From: Bacillota bacterium
GTDB lineage: Bacteria; Bacillota_I; Bacilli_A; RF39; UBA660
Reading direction: 5' to 3'
Assembly: GCA_023391185.1 (NCBI GenBank)
Contig: JAEWBI010000004.1
Span: 3,107-67,106 of the forward strand
Length of the DNA stretch: 64,000 nt
Numbering within the stretch: position 1 is the first letter of the stretch; every line of letters starts with the position of its first letter. The notes under the pieces are model-generated. The model was not told the origin of the DNA. It was given only the letters and a program-made list of their open reading frames with translations, and did not search any database. Shown piece by piece: positions 56,355 to 64,000 of the stretch. Both the position numbers and the translations under genes were made by a program.

Positions 56355-57452
56355 ATGATGTATGTTTTTAAAAGTAAAAAAGGTTTTACATTAGCAGAAC
56401 TATTAGGTGTTATTACAATTTTAGCAATAATAGCATTAATAACAGTACCTCTTGTAAATAAATATGTATTAAGTAGTAGGCAGAAAGCCTATGATGTCGA
56501 GATTATCACATTAAAAAAAGCTGCGCAACAATGGTTTACAAGAAATTCTACTTCGGTGCTTTTTGATGAAGACAATTTTTATGCATTAGATTTAGAATTG
56601 TTAAAACAAAGCGAATTTTTAGCGGATGAACCAATATACAATCCTTTAAACCCTGATGAAGAGATAACTGGATGCATCATGATTAAAAAAAATGATAATA
56701 ACTACAGTTATGAGTATAGTTCTACTTGTAGTGTAGAAATACCAACAACATATGCAGATGGTACAGCTGTATATTTTAATCCTGTTACAGGAACAAAATG
56801 TTCGTCAACTGAATCAGTAAGTACAACAGGTACTAAAACAGGCTGTATGAAATGGTATACATTTAATGATGAAGGGTTATCAAGTAACACAATAAACCTA
56901 ATATTAGATCATAATACAACACAAAAAGTTATGTGGAATTCTACAGGACAAAATGTAAATGGGCCGGTAAGTGCACTTGCACAACTTCAGACAGACACAA
57001 GTTCATGGACTGGGGTGCCTACAAGAACAGATAGTTACAGTATAAGTAATGGTAGAGCTGATTATACAATTAACTATAATGGATATAAAGCTAGGCTTAT
57101 AGCTGCTAATGAAATAGCAACAATAACAGGAAATGATTATTTTAACGATATAACAACTATGACTTCTAGTTGGTTTTACTTTGATAGTAATAATAAAACG
57201 CAAACAGCAACAACTGCTGGAACAAGTAATTACGATTGGTTGTTTGATTATACAAATGGTTGCAGAAACTATGGATGTAATATGGAAGATTCAAGTGTCG
57301 ATGGTTACTTAACTTCAACGGCTCAAGCTGGTACATATGTTTATGCCTGGTATGTAACCAAAAATGGAACAATATCTGAAATAAGTGTCGATAATCCTTT
57401 TTATGGAGGAGTACGTCCAGTGATTACTGTTTTAAAATCAACTATACATTAG
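56355..57452 (+). CDS. Type IV prepilin-like protein with a large C-terminal domain
   Basis: KSKKG/FTLAELLGVITILAIIALITVPL class III signal with Glu+5. C-terminus ends ...YGGVRPVITVLKS. The start (56355 or 56358) is uncertain. Confidence 0.8.
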   Translation: MMYVFKSKKGFTLAELLGVITILAIIALITVPLVNKYVLSSRQKAYDVEIITLKKAAQQWFTRNSTSVLFDEDNFYALDLELLKQSEFLADEPIYNPLNPDEEITGCIMIKKNDNNYSYEYSSTCSVEIPTTYADGTAVYFNPVTGTKCSSTESVSTTGTKTGCMKWYTFNDEGLSSNTINLILDHNTTQKVMWNSTGQNVNGPVSALAQLQTDTSSWTGVPTRTDSYSISNGRADYTINYNGYKARLIAANEIATITGNDYFNDITTMTSSWFYFDSNNKTQTATTAGTSNYDWLFDYTNGCRNYGCNMEDSSVDGYLTSTAQAGTYVYAWYVTKNGTISEISVDNPFYGGVRPVITVLKSTIH

Positions 57453-57487
57453 TAATTTAATAAATAAAATTCCAAGTAATAATGATG

Positions 57488-57540
57488 GTCTAAATTCATT
57501 AACTTCATTGTATTTATGAATTTAGACTATCTCCTTTTTA
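57488..57540 (+). terminator. Stem-loop after the 370-aa pilin-like gene
   Basis: GTCTAAATTCAT-16 nt-ATGAATTTAGAC 12-bp arms. A T-rich tract follows after a short gap. Confidence 0.55.
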
Positions 57541-57585
57541 TTTACTTTAATTTCATATTATTGTATAATTATATTAGGTGATAGT

Positions 57586-57975
57586 ATGATAAATAAAGGT
57601 TTTACATTAACTGAATTAATAGCGGTAATTGTCCTTCTTGGAATAATTGCTCTAATAGCTGTTCCAATAATAAATGGAAAAATAGTTAATTCAAAAAGTA
57701 AAGCATATAAAGCTCAAGTAAGTGCAATTGAAAGTACAGCAAAAAAGTGGGGCGTAGAAAATAATAAACTACTTCCTATTGATGAAAATAAATGTAAAGT
57801 TTCACTAATGGAATTAATAGGTCAAGGGTTTATAGATGATGATGAAATAATAGATCCACGAAATAATTCAAAAATGAATGGTAGTGTGGAAATAAGTTAT
57901 TCTAATTCAAACAAAACATACTATTATATTTATAAAGAAACAGTTGATGCAGCAGTGCCTAACTGTATAAAATAA
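57586..57975 (+). CDS. Type IV major-pilin-like protein (129 aa)
   Basis: MINKG/FTLTELIAVIVLLGIIALIAVPII. Two Cys (CKVS...PNCIK) could form the pilin D-region disulfide. Confidence 0.85.
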   Translation: MINKGFTLTELIAVIVLLGIIALIAVPIINGKIVNSKSKAYKAQVSAIESTAKKWGVENNKLLPIDENKCKVSLMELIGQGFIDDDEIIDPRNNSKMNGSVEISYSNSNKTYYYIYKETVDAAVPNCIK

Positions 57976-57997
57976 ATCTCTATTTAGAGATTTTTTT
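57974..57997 (+). terminator. Rho-independent terminator after the 129-aa pilin gene
   Basis: AAATCTCTA-tt-TAGAGATTT followed by TTTT. Confidence 0.7.
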
Positions 57998-58083
57998 ATG
58001 AAAAAACAATTGATTTTATTGATAAATATACATATATGTTATATAATAAATATAGAATAGAAACAGTTTGTGCAGGTGAGAAA

Positions 58084-58983
58084 ATGAAAATTTTATGTAT
58101 TGGTCATGCAGCTTATGACATAACAATTCCAGTTGATGGATTTCCTAAAGAAAACACAAAAAATCGTGTAAGTAATCGTGTTGAGTGTGGTGGTGGACCT
58201 GCTTCTAATGCTGCATATCTACTTGCTAAATGGGGAATTGAAACATATTTTGCCGGAGTAGTAGGTAAAGATTTATATGGTGATAGAATTAAAGAAGAGT
58301 TATCAAGTGTCGGTGTTAATATTAAATATTTAGAGCAAAACTCTGATTACGAAACAACTTCAAGTTTTATTCTTGCTAATAGTGATAACGGTTCTAGAAC
58401 AATATTTACTTATAGACCAAGTAGTATTCACATGAATGATATAAATATTGATTTTGAACCTGATATTATTTTGCTAGATGGACAAGAACCAAAAATATCA
58501 GAAGATCTTATATTTAAATATCCAAATGCAATAAGTGTTATTGACGCAGGTAGACCTAAAGAGGAAATAATAAAGCTTGCTGGACTTGTAAACTACTTAA
58601 TATGTTCAAAAGAATTTGCTGAAACAGTTTCAGGTAAAAAAGTAGATTATAATAATTTAAGTACAGTAGCAGATATATACAATACTCTAAAAGAAAAGTT
58701 CAATAATAATATAATTATTACTTTAGAAGACAGAGGATGTGTTTATCAAGATGGAAATATTATCAAAGTAATGCCTTCTATAAAAGTTAAAGCTGTAGAT
58801 TCTACAGGAGCAGGTGATATTTTTCATGGAGCTTTTGTATATGGAATAGCTAATAATTTTGAATTAGAAAAAACAATAAAATATGCTAATCTAGCTGGTG
58901 CTATATCAGTAACTCGTATAGGTGGTAGATATTCTGTACCGAGTTTGACTGAAATGGAAGAAAAATATAATGCACTTAAGTAA
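58084..58983 (+). CDS. PfkB-family carbohydrate/nucleoside kinase
   Basis: GGGPASNAAY and DSTGAGDIFHGAFVYG motifs. ATG follows GCAGGTGAG. Confidence 0.85.
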   Translation: MKILCIGHAAYDITIPVDGFPKENTKNRVSNRVECGGGPASNAAYLLAKWGIETYFAGVVGKDLYGDRIKEELSSVGVNIKYLEQNSDYETTSSFILANSDNGSRTIFTYRPSSIHMNDINIDFEPDIILLDGQEPKISEDLIFKYPNAISVIDAGRPKEEIIKLAGLVNYLICSKEFAETVSGKKVDYNNLSTVADIYNTLKEKFNNNIIITLEDRGCVYQDGNIIKVMPSIKVKAVDSTGAGDIFHGAFVYGIANNFELEKTIKYANLAGAISVTRIGGRYSVPSLTEMEEKYNALK

Positions 58984-59236
58984 TGTGATTTTTATTGAAA
59001 ATCTTCCTAAATTAGATTTACATGGAGAAAATAGTGAGACAGCTAGAGTATTAATAAATGATTTTATTAGAGATAATATCAAACAAAAAAGAAATATAGT
59101 ATGTATTGTACATGGAGTAGGATCGGGAATACTGAGAAAAGCAACGAGTGAAACCTTGATAAAAAACAAACGAGTAGTTGATTTTAAAACCTATTACTAT
59201 AATCAGGGATGTACTATTGTAGAAATTGAAATATAA
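58970..59236 (+). CDS. Small Smr-domain protein
   Basis: LDLHGENSETARVLINDFI...IVHGVGSGILRKA. Confidence 0.8.
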   Translation: MHLSNVIFIENLPKLDLHGENSETARVLINDFIRDNIKQKRNIVCIVHGVGSGILRKATSETLIKNKRVVDFKTYYYNQGCTIVEIEI

Positions 59237-59324
59237 TATAGAAAGACCTTTATTATTGACATGGTGGGTTAAGTGTGGTAAACTTATAAATACCGTGTGT
59301 ACAATTAAGAGGGGGTAACATTTT

Positions 59325-59744
59325 ATGAAAGAGGCTTATTTATTCGATTATATAAACGAGAATGAATTTAAGAAACTTGAACGATCATTAAAAAAGTATA
59401 ATATGCTTGCATATAAGCGTTTATATTTTGAATACTATCCATCCCTTAAAGAAGGAAATTTCTTAGGGGAATTGGTAGCGACAAATAGTACACAAGGATC
59501 AAAAACATATGAATTAAAACTTCCAACAGATATGATGTTTTCTAAGGTTCATGGTGATATAAAATTGCATTACTTAGTGTATGAAGAAAATAAGGTTGTT
59601 ATGTTAGATAAATTAACACCAGAAAATATTTTATCTGAGGGACATCAATCAGAATTAGTAACATATAAAGGTGTAATGGTTTCAAAGCAACACTCAGAAA
59701 AAGATATGTTTAAAATAAACTTGTTAAATATGATTCAAAAATAA
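59325..59744 (+). CDS. Hypothetical protein (139 aa)
   Basis: AGAGGGGG RBS and its own TTGACA-N17-TAAACT promoter. No motif recognised. Confidence 0.5.
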   Translation: MKEAYLFDYINENEFKKLERSLKKYNMLAYKRLYFEYYPSLKEGNFLGELVATNSTQGSKTYELKLPTDMMFSKVHGDIKLHYLVYEENKVVMLDKLTPENILSEGHQSELVTYKGVMVSKQHSEKDMFKINLLNMIQK

Positions 59745-59758
59745 TCATATTTTTTTTA

Positions 59759-59804
59759 TTGACAAATTTGTTGAAATGTTGTATAACTGTATTAGTTAAT
59801 TAAC
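59759..59804 (+). promoter_or_regulatory. Promoter of the GntR-ABC operon with a 10-bp palindrome GTTAATTAAC at about +1
   Basis: TTGACA (59759-59764), 17 nt, TATAAC (59782-59787). The palindrome at 59795-59804 fits the generic GT-Nx-AC GntR operator form. Confidence 0.5.
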
Positions 59805-59820
59805 ACAAAGGGGATGAAAT

Positions 59821-60186
59821 ATGAACTTTATTTTTGATGATAATAAGCCAATTTATAAGCAATTAGTAGACCAGTTAAAGGTAATGATAGCCAGTTGTAT
59901 TTATAAAAAGGGTGAGAAATTGCCATCAGTTAGAGATTTTGCTATTTCTATTAAAGTAAATCCTAATACTATTCAAAGAGCTCTAACAGAATTAGAAGAT
60001 GAAGGGTTAATAATTACTCAAAGAACTTCTGGTAAATTTATAACTGAAGATGAGCAAACTATTAAAAATTTAAGAAACAGTTTAGCTCATGAAACACTTG
60101 AAAAATTCTTAATTGATATGGATAAATTGGATATATCTTTAGAAGAGTTAATAGAATTAATTAAAAGTGAAAGAAAGGGAAAATAA
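59821..60186 (+). CDS. GntR-family (YtrA-subfamily) transcriptional regulator
   Basis: PIYKQLVDQLKVMI...GEKLPSVRDFAISIKVNPNTIQRALTELEDEGLI, with a short C-terminal domain. Heads an ABC operon. Confidence 0.9.
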   Translation: MNFIFDDNKPIYKQLVDQLKVMIASCIYKKGEKLPSVRDFAISIKVNPNTIQRALTELEDEGLIITQRTSGKFITEDEQTIKNLRNSLAHETLEKFLIDMDKLDISLEELIELIKSERKGK

Positions 60187-60882
60187 ATGAGTTTAGTAGA
60201 ATTAAAAGATTTAAATAAATCTTATGGTACAAAAAAAGTACTCAAAAATGTCAATTTAAATATTGAAAAAGGTAAAATATATGGGCTATTAGGTCCAAAT
60301 GGTTCGGGTAAGACAACAATAATAAAACTTATTAATGGATTATTACAACCTACTAGTGGTTCGGTTTTAATAAAAGGAAAAAATCCTGGTATTGATAGTA
60401 AAAATACAATATCATACTTACCAGAAAGAACGTATTTAAATATGAACTTTAAGGTAACGGAAATAATAGAATTATTTAAGGATTTTTACGCAGATTTCGA
60501 TAGTAAATTGGCATTAAAACAATTGAAAAAATTAAATATTAATCCAAATGATAAATTAAAGACTATGTCTAAAGGTACTAAAGAAAAAGTACAGTTAGTG
60601 TTAGTTATGAGTAGAAAAGCGGATTTATATATATTAGATGAGCCAATAGGTGGGGTAGATCCAGCCAGCAGAGATTATATACTAGAGACTATTCTTAATA
60701 ATTTTAATGAAGGTTCAAGTATAATTATATGTACACATTTGATATCTGATATCGAAAAAATACTGGATGATGTTATCTTTATAAATAAGGGTGAGATTGT
60801 TTTAAATTCTTCAGCAGAAGATATTAGAAACAATAATAAAATGACTATTGATAAGTTATTTAGGGAGGAATTTAAATGCTAA
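60187..60882 (+). CDS. ABC transporter ATP-binding protein
   Basis: GLLGPNGSGKTT, MSKGTKEKVQL signature, LYILDEP Walker B. Confidence 0.9.
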   Translation: MSLVELKDLNKSYGTKKVLKNVNLNIEKGKIYGLLGPNGSGKTTIIKLINGLLQPTSGSVLIKGKNPGIDSKNTISYLPERTYLNMNFKVTEIIELFKDFYADFDSKLALKQLKKLNINPNDKLKTMSKGTKEKVQLVLVMSRKADLYILDEPIGGVDPASRDYILETILNNFNEGSSIIICTHLISDIEKILDDVIFINKGEIVLNSSAEDIRNNNKMTIDKLFREEFKC

Positions 60883-61658
60883 AAAAATTACTAAAATATG
60901 ATTTTAAGTCACTTTTTAATGTGTTATTACCTGTCTACGCTATATTAATATTCTTATCATTATTTAATAGATTAGCAGAATTCCTATCTGAAAAGATATC
61001 AATATTAAGTGTTCCAGCTGGATTTATTTTTATGATTTATGTAATTGTTTTAATAGCAGTTCCAGTAGGTACTTTTATAATAGCTATTACAAAATATTAT
61101 AAAAATTTAGCTGGCGATGAAGGGTATTTAATGCACACTCTTCCAGTAACAAAAAATGATTTAGTTTTATCAAAATTAATATCTTATCTTGTTATGTTAT
61201 TAATTTCAATTTGTGTTTCAATAATAGGGTTGTTTATTGGCGAATATGGAATAAAATTTGAGTGGGACATACTAGATAATATAATAAATTTGATAAAGTC
61301 AGTAGATACTATAACAGTTGTATTAATGGTAATAACGGTTATTTTATCAGTAATATTCCAGCAATTATTAATGTATACATCTATTGCTTTAGGTCAAAAA
61401 CAAAATGCCAATAAAGTAATATATTCAGTTATATTTGGAATTGTTTTATATAATATAAATCAAATTATTTCAGCAGCAATACTACTTATACCTGTATTAT
61501 TTAATAGAGGATTATGGGAAAAATTAAATCAAAATAATATTGCTCCAAGTGTATTAAATGGATATTTAGGAGCTTCTATTTTTATATCAATAATATTTAT
61601 AGCTGGGTATTTTTTCCTAGCAACAAGAACTTTAGAAAAACATTTAAATTTAGAATAG
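60876..61658 (+). CDS. ABC-2-type transporter permease
   Basis: Six-TM hydrophobic protein overlapping the ATPase gene by 7 nt. Confidence 0.7.
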   Translation: MLKKLLKYDFKSLFNVLLPVYAILIFLSLFNRLAEFLSEKISILSVPAGFIFMIYVIVLIAVPVGTFIIAITKYYKNLAGDEGYLMHTLPVTKNDLVLSKLISYLVMLLISICVSIIGLFIGEYGIKFEWDILDNIINLIKSVDTITVVLMVITVILSVIFQQLLMYTSIALGQKQNANKVIYSVIFGIVLYNINQIISAAILLIPVLFNRGLWEKLNQNNIAPSVLNGYLGASIFISIIFIAGYFFLATRTLEKHLNLE

Positions 61659-61678
61659 GAGATATAATCTCCTTTTTT
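61657..61678 (+). terminator. Rho-independent terminator after the ABC permease gene
   Basis: AGGAGAT-ata-ATCTCCT followed by TTTTT. Confidence 0.7.
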
Positions 61679-61689
61679 ATTGATATAAA

Positions 61690-61716
61690 TAAAAAAAGTA
61701 GCAATAAGCTACTTTT
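61690..61716 (-). terminator. Rho-independent terminator of the ASST gene (minus strand)
   Basis: The minus strand reads AAAGTAGC-ttatt-GCTACTTT followed by TTTTT. Confidence 0.65.
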
Positions 61717-63649
61717 AATTATAATCTACATATAAATCAAAATCGTATATTTCTCCATTTATCTTTAAATATAAATAATATTTACCAGATAAACCAACAT
61801 CATTAATATATTTGGTTACTGTAATACCATCTTTTTCTTCCTCATCAGTAAACAGGTCAACACATAATGCAGTATAAGGTTTTTTAGATATTATCATATT
61901 ATAAGTTTTCTTACTAAATACATTATCTAAGACAACATATACTTCATCACTTTTTAAAAATTTACCAGTAACAATTAATCTATCTTCTTCTTTAGTAAAA
62001 GATAAGTTATATTTTTTTATTATATCTTTTGCATCTTTATTAAACAATAATATTGTATTATTTTTTACTGATTCAGTCTCTCCTAAAGTACCTAAATTGA
62101 CACCCTTATTAATAGAGTATGTATCATTAGCGTATAGAGATAATTTTTCGGCTCTATATGTATTAGTTGGAAGTTCTAACTTGAAAATTTGTTTATCATT
62201 TAATAGTTCTACAGTTGTACTCTTTAAAGTATCAAACTTTGTAAGACCAGCAGGTTCATTATTAACTTTACCTTCGTACTGGCTATTTCCACCAGAACTA
62301 ATTAAATAATGATTTTCTTTTATATAGTCAACATCAGAAATATATGGAGAATAGAAACTACTTCCTAATTCTTTACCATATTCCCAAACTTCTTCAATTG
62401 TTTTTTTGTTAGTGTTTATATTAAATATAACACCGCGACTATAATTATTATTTGCGTCTACTTTATTATCACTAGTTTTACTTTTGTTATTACCATTATC
62501 AAAGACAAATACATTGCCACTTGGTAATATCATTGCAGCATGCTGAGCATATTGCCAAGTGAAACCATCTTTTTTAGGAACAAAAAAGTATTTTTTCATA
62601 TCTTCGTTCCAGTTAGTAGGATCACCAATTATCCAGTTAATCTCTTCAGTACTATAATCTATATTAACTATAGCATCTTGATGTCTTCCAGATAATGTTA
62701 TCGAATTAGTCTTTTCATCGTACCATACAGAATTATTATGAAACCAATCATATTCAGTATAATAATCTTCATTAACTCCTTGATCAACAGGAAGAATTTT
62801 ACTTAAATCTATAGTCTTGATAATATTTCCAGTTTCACGATCAATTTCAACTATATAGTCTTCAACAGTGCCATTTTCGAAGTTATTACTTGCGACCAAT
62901 AAATCACCATCAGGCATTTCATAGACATCGTGATGATAGCCACCAGGTAAATTATATTCATAATATATTTTACCAAGTAAATCTATTTCAACTAGTCCTG
63001 TCATATAGTACGGATTATTAATTAATCTATTTGAACTAAGCATAATATGACCATTTCTTAGTCTTTGTATATCCCAAACAAAGTTTTCAGTTAAATACCA
63101 TCTTACATCACCATTTGCATCATAAGCAGCTGTATATCCTTTAGAAGAAGGAGTTACAAAATACATATCGTTACTTAATTCTTCTTTATTTGCTTCAACT
63201 TTTGTTGGTAAAACAAAATCTTCAGGTAAAGCACCTGTTTTTATATGAATAGTTTTTGACTCTCCATTTACAGTAAGTATTACTTCATTATCACTATCAG
63301 GATATAATCCATATACAGGTAGATAATGAACCTTACCAGGTTTAAATGTATTAGTTATAGTAGTATCTTCATCTTTTCCGACTACTTTAATAGTAGGAGT
63401 AGTTAAATCCTTTGTTTCAAAAATAATTAAAGCAGTTAGAGGTGAAATATCATATGGGTCTAAAACAACTTTTGGATCTTCAAAAGTATAATTAGAACTT
63501 GCCAAAGTAGTTTTTTCTATCTCAGTTTGCTTTGTTAAAAGACTAGTTTCTATAGAAACAGGATTAGCCTTCTCACAAAAATAGTAAATATAAATTGAAC
63601 AAAGACATGCGATTAAAACAAGTAAAACAAACTTATATTTAGTTCTCAT
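61715..63649 (-). CDS. Aryl-sulfate sulfotransferase (ASST) family protein, membrane-anchored
   Basis: N-terminal TM anchor. Beta-propeller-like body with GGYHHDVYEMPDGD and DWFHNNSVWYDEKTNSITLSGRHQDAIVNIDY motifs typical of ASST. Extra ~110-aa C-terminal module. Confidence 0.75.
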   Translation of the reverse strand: MRTKYKFVLLVLIACLCSIYIYYFCEKANPVSIETSLLTKQTEIEKTTLASSNYTFEDPKVVLDPYDISPLTALIIFETKDLTTPTIKVVGKDEDTTITNTFKPGKVHYLPVYGLYPDSDNEVILTVNGESKTIHIKTGALPEDFVLPTKVEANKEELSNDMYFVTPSSKGYTAAYDANGDVRWYLTENFVWDIQRLRNGHIMLSSNRLINNPYYMTGLVEIDLLGKIYYEYNLPGGYHHDVYEMPDGDLLVASNNFENGTVEDYIVEIDRETGNIIKTIDLSKILPVDQGVNEDYYTEYDWFHNNSVWYDEKTNSITLSGRHQDAIVNIDYSTEEINWIIGDPTNWNEDMKKYFFVPKKDGFTWQYAQHAAMILPSGNVFVFDNGNNKSKTSDNKVDANNNYSRGVIFNINTNKKTIEEVWEYGKELGSSFYSPYISDVDYIKENHYLISSGGNSQYEGKVNNEPAGLTKFDTLKSTTVELLNDKQIFKLELPTNTYRAEKLSLYANDTYSINKGVNLGTLGETESVKNNTILLFNKDAKDIIKKYNLSFTKEEDRLIVTGKFLKSDEVYVVLDNVFSKKTYNMIISKKPYTALCVDLFTDEEEKDGITVTKYINDVGLSGKYYLYLKINGEIYDFDLYVDYN

Positions 63650-63661
63650 AAAGTCTCCAAT

Positions 63662-64000
63662 CTATATTAATCTAATTTCATTTTCATTAAAGAAAGGTTT
63701 TTTCGGATTAATTCTATCATAAAATAAAATGCCATCTAAGTGATCTATTTCATGTTGGAAAGCTATTGATAAATCTTCTCTAGCTCTTATTTTTACTGGA
63801 TTACCTTCTAAGTCTAAACCAGTAATTGTTGTTCTAGCAAATCTAGGAACATGACCTTCAACTTCGCGATTAACACTAAGACAACCTTCACCTGCATCAG
63901 CAGCAATTTTTTCTTCTGAATGACTTACTATTTTAGGATTAATAACTACATAATTATCAAATTTACCTTTTTGATATTCATTAACAATTACAATTAATCG
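63662..64000 (-). CDS. def: Peptide deformylase, C-terminal part (5' end outside the window)
   Basis: The reverse-strand frame reads ...GEGCLSV...AFQHEIDHLDGILFYDRINPKKPFFNENEIRLI*. It is missing from the ORF track because its start lies outside the window. Confidence 0.9.
   Translation of the reverse strand, partial: RLIVIVNEYQKGKFDNYVVINPKIVSHSEEKIAADAGEGCLSVNREVEGHVPRFARTTITGLDLEGNPVKIRAREDLSIAFQHEIDHLDGILFYDRINPKKPFFNENEIRLI

Noticed and set aside
56708-57372. Minus-strand ORFs 56708-56890, 57003-57203 and 57166-57372 inside the 370-aa pilin-like gene.
   Set aside because: They are antisense shadows of a T/S/N-rich coding region. The + strand frame has a canonical prepilin signal and promoter.
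1-64000. Possibility of a Mollicutes-type genetic code (TGA = Trp), given the very low GC and Erysipelotrichia-like gene content.
   Set aside because: TGA ends several well-defined ORFs at operon junctions (10111-10113, 22650-22652, 42820-42822, 54145-54147). Conserved Trp positions are TGG. The standard bacterial code fits every gene.

Overview
Low-GC (about 30% by eye) chromosomal segment from a monoderm Firmicute. Gene content and order look Bacilli/Erysipelotrichia-like, but that placement is inference only. The standard genetic code applies: TGA ends several ORFs and Trp is always TGG. About 74 protein genes are packed almost entirely on the + strand. I saw no rRNA, tRNA, CRISPR array, transposase or prophage genes. 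The backbone is housekeeping and shares local gene order with Bacillus: rpsU-yqeY; rpsB-tsf; ylbD-ylbE-rsmD; lspA-rluD; xer-tdk; ppdK; uvrC; mutL; radC-mreC-mreD; SpoIVFA/FB-like pair-rplU-prp-rpmA; obg; murC; def. Several accessory modules sit within this backbone. (1) A copper island: HxlR regulator, CopA, an HMA-membrane-cupredoxin fusion and Cys-rich lipoproteins. (2) An NrtR-type Nudix/winged-helix regulator. Three operator-like ACAAGTGT boxes bracket it and precede a translationally coupled 4-gene operon: two orphan proteins, a histidine phosphatase, and a NadR-like P-loop kinase fused to a CYTH domain without the ExExK acidic residues. This is my best candidate for an undescribed nucleotide/NAD-linked system. 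(3) A complete monoderm Tad/Flp pilus locus (flp-tadE-tadG-tadZ-tadA-tadB-tadC) whose TadB platform protein has an N-terminal Ig-like ectodomain. The window also holds three scattered type IV prepilin-like genes with large adhesin-like C-termini, one of them a BspA-type LRR fusion. No prepilin peptidase is present in the window. (4) An Hpt-receiver fusion protein in the rpmA-obg interval, where Bacillus encodes Spo0B. (5) A ribosomal protein S2 with a ~120-aa Asn/Arg/Asp-rich tail ending in a Rho_N/SAP-like motif. (6) An aryl-sulfotransferase-family gene apparently co-transcribed with def. All functional calls rest on motifs I could read in the translations. No database search was run.
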